DNA of 64,000 nucleotides from Eledone cirrhosa (taxonomy: Eukaryota). Below the pieces are notes generated by a model, which saw nothing but the letters and a program-made list of their open reading frames with translations, did not search any database and had not been told where the DNA came from. Shown here one piece after another: positions 57,447-64,000 of this stretch (positions are counted from its first letter, which is position 1; each line of letters starts with the position of its first letter). The translations under genes and the position numbers were made by a program. Where the stretch lies: the NCBI GenBank assembly GCA_964016885.1, contig OZ024742.1:16988001-17052000 (forward strand). Direction: 5' to 3'.

Positions 57447-59483
57447 AATAAGTAACCATGGAACTTAAGACCATTACTATGATCATTGACTTATGGTCCT
57501 GTTAAGATAAGTAACCATGGAACTTAAGACCACTGCTGTGAGTCATTGACTGATGGTCCTGTTAAGATAAGTAACCATGGAACTTAAGACCATTACTGTG
57601 AGTCATTGACTGATGGTCCTGTTAAGATAAGTAACCATGGAACTTAAGACCACTGCTGTGAGTCATTGACTGATGGTCCTGTTGAGATAAGTAACCATGG
57701 AACTTAAGACCATTACTATGATCATTGACTGATAGTCCTGTTAAGATAAGTAAACATGGAACTTAAGACCACTACTGTGAGTCATTGACTGATGGTCCTA
57801 TTAAGATAAGTAACCATGGAACTTAAGACCACTGCTGTGAGTTATTGACTGATGGTCCTGTTAAGATAAGTAACCATTGAACTTAAGACCACTACTATGA
57901 GTCATTGACTGATGGTCCTGTTAAGATAAGTAACCATGGAACTTAAGACCATTACTATGAGTCATTGACTGATGGTCCTGTTAAGATAAGTAACCATGGA
58001 ACTTAAGACCATTACTATGATCATTGACTGATGGTCCTGTTAAGATAAGTAACCATGGAACTTAAGACCATTACTGTGAGTCATTGACTGATGGTCCTGT
58101 TAAGATAAGTAACCATGGAACTTAAGACCATTACTATGATCATTGGCTGATGGTCCTGTTAAGATAAGTAACCATGGAACTTAAGACCACTACTGTGAGT
58201 CATTGACTGATGGTCCTGTTAAGATAAGTAACCATGGAACTTAAGACCACTACTATGAGTCATTGACTGATGGTCCTGTTAAGATAAGTAACCATGGAAC
58301 TTAAGACCACTACTGTGAGTCATTGACTGATGGTCCTGTTAAGATAAGTAACCATGGAACTTAAGACCACTACTATGAGTCATTGACTGATGGTCCTGTT
58401 AAGATAAGTAACCATTGAACTTAAGACCACTACTATGAGTCATTGACTGATGGTCCTGTTAAGATAAGTAACCATGGAACTTAAGACCATTACTATGAGT
58501 CATTGACTGATGGTCCTATTAAGATAAGTAACCATGGAACTTAAGACCACTACTATGAGTCATTGACTGATGGTCCTATTAAGATAAGTAACCATGGAAC
58601 TTAAGACCACTACTATGAGTCATTGACTGATGGTCCTGTTAAGATAAGTAACCATGGAACTTAAGACCACTACTATGAGTCATTGACTGATGGTCCTATT
58701 AAGATAAGTAACCATGGAACTTAAGACCACTACTATGAGTCATTGACTGATGGTCCTGTTAAGATAAGTAACCATGGAACTTAAGACCACTACTATGAGT
58801 CATTGACTGATGGTCCTATTAAGATAAGTAACCATGGAACTTAAGACCACTACTATGAGTCATTGACTGATGGTCCTATTAAGATAAGTAACCATGGAAC
58901 TTAAGACCATTACTATGAGTCATTGACTGATGGTCCTATTAAGATAAGTAACCATGGAACTTAAGACCACTACTATGATCATTGACTGATGGTCCTGTTA
59001 AGATAAGTAACCATGGAACTTAAGACCATTACTATGAGTCATTGACTGATGGTCCTATTAAGATAAGTAACCATGGAACTTAAGACCACTACTATGAGTC
59101 ATTGACTGATGGTCCTATTAAGATAAGTAACCATGGAACTTAAGACCACTACTGTGAGTCATTGACTGATGGTCCTGTTAAGATAAGTAACCATTGAACT
59201 TAAGACCACTACTATGAGTCATTGACTGATGGTCCTGTTAAGATAAGTAACCATGGAACTTAAGACCACTTCTATGAGTCATTGACTGATGGTCCTGTTA
59301 AGATAAGTAACCATGGAACTTAAGACCATTACTGTGAGTCATTGACTGATGGTCCTGTTAAGATAAGTAACCATGGAACTTAAGACCATTACTGTGAGTC
59401 ATTGACTGATGGTCCTGTTAAGATAAGTAACCATGGAACTTAAGACCATTACTATGATCATTGACTGATGGTCCTGTTAAGAT
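57447..59483. repeat. 60-bp minisatellite, ~34 copies
   Basis: Unit GATAAGTAACCATGGAACTTAAGACCACTACTATGAGTCATTGACTGATGGTCCTGTTAA; highly homogeneous, with some 59-bp variants. Confidence 0.98.
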
Positions 59484-60224
59484 GTCTTGCGTAGTTAGGG
59501 ATATATTTCCAGATAGAAACACAGACGGTGAACGTACAAGAAGTGTGTCCAACTCCTCCTCGAAGTACACTAAAAGGCCGAATAGACGTAGCAAAGCCAT
59601 AAATCCTCACTGGTATTTAAATTGGTGGGGCGTCATGCATTGCTGTAGGTTTCAATAAGTGCCAATATCCAATATGTAAAACCCATTGATGTAAATTTGA
59701 CAATAAGTGTACAAAGGGACATGAGATGATATACCAAAGATAAAATGTATGTGTGGAAGTAAATGGTACATATATCCTCTACACACATTGCACCAACTTG
59801 GAAAAAATCCTGTGATATTTAGATGCCTGGTTTTAATAATCTATCAGTTTAATAGATCTAGCTTGTGAATAAGACACATCAGGGATTAAAACAATGAAAG
59901 ATAAAAAAATAATAAGATAAAATATATAATAAATATGAAAATAAAATATCCTACTAGAATAGATATAAATGCTGTCCAATAACATTAAATGCGCAAAGAT
60001 ATATATCAGTGAATGTGTATATAAGCAGTTATTTAACAAAGCAAAAGAACTCCACAAATTAGCAACAATGAAAGGCGTTGCATAGTTTACATTACAACAT
60101 TAATTTCTGAGATTAGACATTTTTCAGTTCAAATCCTAACAGAGTTGACATTGTCTTTAATGCCTGATGTAAGGTCTATAACACAACATTCAGTTACACG
60201 ATATGGGGGTTCCATTTGATATAT

Positions 60225-60630
60225 CCCTAAAACAGAGCCCAACATGTTTTAGTCGAAGGAGTAAAATCCAGCACATCCAAAGTCAGTAGTGGTGTCCCAC
60301 AAGGCGCTGTGTTGGACCCACTTCTTTTCATTATCTATATTAATGACATTACTGACATCATCGAGCACAGCAGCATCAGAATCTTCGCAGATGATTCTAA
60401 TCTCCAGAAAGTCATCAATGGATATGCCTCCAATCTGATCTACTGGCTGTTATCCAATAGGCGGAAAAGAACAATATGCTGCTGAACGAGGATAAATTTG
60501 ACTTAATCCACTTTGAAATAGAGGATCCCCAGAAACTCCCGTACTCCCTTCCTTCAGGTAAAACTCTCGTGGCATCCAAGAAAATGAGTGACTTGGGAGT
60601 AATTGTAGCAACAACATAAGCTGGGCCACT
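60225..60630 (+). mobile_element. CR1/L2-group LINE reverse-transcriptase fragment
   Basis: Manual translation QHVLVEGVKSSTSKVSSGVPQGAVLDPLLFIIYINDI...IRIFADDS, followed by frameshifts. Confidence 0.85.
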
Positions 60631-61142
60631 CGGTGTGACCTACCATCTAAATCTAGCAGTGAAAGGCAGGGCGATGACCTCCCACGCATGAACGCACACG
60701 ATAGCTTGACCAGATGAGAGACAGACGTTACCTCGGGTATAGACTGATGATGATGATGAGATAATGAACTCATTGGAGCGGACGTAGAATACCACGCTGT
60801 TAAAATGTGCTGTAGATAGCTAATAGCTAGAGATCTTCACGCACGCGTGAAGGTGTGTTCGTAGGTTTGAAGCATGAGAAGCTAGCTGCTGACAGGCTGG
60901 TTGTAAACTATAACTAACTTAATTTTTTTTTAATTAATCAGTATATATATATGTATCTGACTGATAAAGTGACAAGTCAGTCAATCATATCGGTGGCCTC
61001 CCCCACGGCATAGGCGGACAGAATAAAGAAGGCGTTTTCCCGGAGGACGGCAATGGAGACGCGCTGGAAACGCCAATCCAGCTCGCGTGGCTCACTCCTG
61101 CGGCAGGCCAGCTCAGCTAGAATCGGAAACGAGATAGGAAAT

Positions 61143-61233
61143 ACATATCTGACGATCTTTCGATTACAGAGTCAGGTTCGATCTATAATAGGTCTCCCTC
61201 GAGCTGAGCGATAGTGAAATATATGTAATATGT
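61143..61233 (+). ncRNA. Type I hammerhead ribozyme, homolog of 22687-22781
   Basis: Stem I ACATAT/ATATGT, CTGACGA 61149-61155, GAAA-t-atat-GTA; shares loop II sequence with the 22.7-kb copy. Confidence 0.72.
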
Positions 61234-61284
61234 TATTAAATATATTATGATGCCATACTGAATCCTTGTTCTTCTACTCTTATA

Positions 61285-61350
<66 letters not shown>

Positions 61351-61558
61351 CCGAAGGAAAAGCAAAGGAAAAAAGTATGCTCTATGTATAGAACAGAGCT
61401 ATTTATTAAATATAGATATATATCAAACTGATAGAGAACTTCAAGAATCTACGGGCCTTTCTCACTAGTAATGGCAGACTGGTGTGGGTGTGTGTGTGTG
61501 AATGATGTGTACGTTTGTGCGCGAGAGCATGTGTGTGGGTATGCGATTGTCTGTGTAC

Positions 61559-61599
<41 letters not shown>

Positions 61600-61775
61600 T
61601 GTGTGCATGAGTGTGAACGTGTGTGCATCCGTATGTGTGCATATGCGTGTTCGTGTGTACAGGCGTGTGTGTATGTGTTTGTGTGGGTGGATGTGGGTAT
61701 GTAGGATGTATGGGGTGTGTTCTGCGTTAGAAAATTATTGAAATGAAAGTGATTTCTATTGACATGTTTGAAATA

Positions 61776-62053
61776 TAGAAGCTACTAGAAGATAATAGCA
61801 GAGTCTAGAAGTAACTAGAAGATAATAGCAGAGTCTAGAAGTAACTAGAAGATAATAGCAGAGTCTAGAAGTAACTAGAAGATAATAGCAGAGTCTAGAA
61901 GTAACTAGAAGATAATAGCAGAGTCTAGAAGTAACTAGGAGATAATAGCAGAGTCTAGAAGTAACTAGAAGATAATAGCAGAGTCTAGAAGTAACTAGAA
62001 GATAATAGCAGAGTCTAGAAGTAACTAGAAGATAATAGCAGAGTCTAGAAGTA
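61776..62053. repeat. 30-bp minisatellite TAGAAGTAACTAGAAGATAATAGCAGAGTC, ~9 copies
   Basis: Directly visible. Confidence 0.97.
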
Positions 62054-62241
62054 AGATGTGACAGGAAATGATTGGGACTAGACAAAACCCTCAAGATTCA
62101 AACACCGATTTCTAGTTAATTCACTACAACGAGCTTTTAACTTAGAAATCCTAATATATTAAATATAATTTAATTTATACAATATATTTGACAGATTGAT
62201 GTAAGATAGCTAGATAACTAGATAGGTATATATATATACAT

Positions 62242-62307
<66 letters not shown>

Positions 62308-62490
62308 CGAAGGAGTTGTGGTAAGGAACCAGATAGACCATAACGCACCAGAGTACTCAATACTTAGGGTAGTAGAGTGGGTAATAGGAAAATGTATGAT
62401 CCCGACGGCATCTCAAGCCGGCTATTCCGACGGATATTTCTGGGCTAGTCCAGAAACAGCCGTCGAAAGGGCTTGAGCTCTGCCGTCGGC
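62308..62490. mobile_element. Short fold-back element between microsatellites
   Basis: Imperfect hairpin 62402-62489 centred on CTAG (62445-62448); tail shared with 56934-57022. Confidence 0.6.
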
Positions 62491-62603
62491 ACACACACAT
62501 ATATATATAATACATATACATATATATACATATATATATATACACACACACACATATATAATACATATATATATGTATATTTATATATATATATATATAC
62601 ATA

Positions 62604-63332
<729 letters not shown>

Positions 63333-64000
63333 TATTAAGAGAGGTAGAGGGAAACGGAGATATAGATATATATACGTATAAGCAGACCAGGCAGACAGAC
63401 GGTGGGGCTCCAATAAAGATAGGTCGATATTCACATAATCCAATAGAATTTGTATATTTATGATTCTCTCAATATTATATGAGACATCTCAATTAAAAGT
63501 TGTAGTTGGTTGACATGTCAGTTTTACAGAGATATATGGAGTTACCGTAGTAGGATAATTGGTATTATATGAATGGAATCCTTGATAGATATAATTGATA
63601 TGTTACTCATAACCACAACATTGGTGCCCGTGGCCCTACCACCACTTCCTACTCACCACCATCGGCACGGAGTTGGCTACACACAGGTGTGAGTCTCGCG
63701 AGCTGGAATGGCTCTACCAACCCGTCTCCCTCACTATCCTCCGGGGTAACGCCTTCTCTACTCTGTCCGCCGGTCTTGCTGGGTGGCCAGCGTGTGTCCT
63801 CCCCCCTCCCCCCATTTGCTTATAACAGTGAGAGATGGAGAGAGCACGCGAAACGGAGGCAGTGAGTCAAACATTATATTATGAAGAAAATAATGTTTAT
63901 TACAGTTGTTTAAATTTCCGTAGAGAGGCTTATAAACTATTATTTTATCTATATTAAGTTTAATTAAAATGTTTTAATAAATACCACAACTGAATGAGAT

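Noticed and set aside
57447-59483. Hammerhead-containing satellite (CTGATGG motif) or CRISPR array
   Set aside because: No GAAA half-core or NUH site in register, and no unique spacers.
61756-62094. ORF with LLVTSRLCYY repeats
   Set aside because: Chance open frame of a 30-bp minisatellite.

Overview
Non-genic, extremely repeat-rich eukaryotic (animal) DNA. The microsatellite density and SINE types resemble octopus/cephalopod sequence (inference). I recognise no host protein-coding exon; nearly all ORF-track entries are microsatellite translations. Main contents: (1) a ~15.9-kb compound minisatellite (5.26-21.15 kb; 35-bp core plus variable (CA)n) and 60-bp and 30-bp minisatellites; (2) decayed retroelements: three Penelope-like elements with RT and/or GIY-YIG remnants, an RLE-type (R4/Dong-like) LINE inside a (CATA)n tract, RTE and CR1 fragments, two tandem RTE-derived non-autonomous elements and tRNA-type SINEs; (3) Helitrons, one with a PIF1-helicase remnant, and a hAT MITE. 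The most striking signal is a set of short elements, most sitting in (TA)n tracts, carrying type I hammerhead-ribozyme motifs and fold-back inverted repeats that often end at or inside the ribozyme. Several (TA)n tracts are also flanked by mirror-image duplications. All calls were made by eye; no search or folding program was run.
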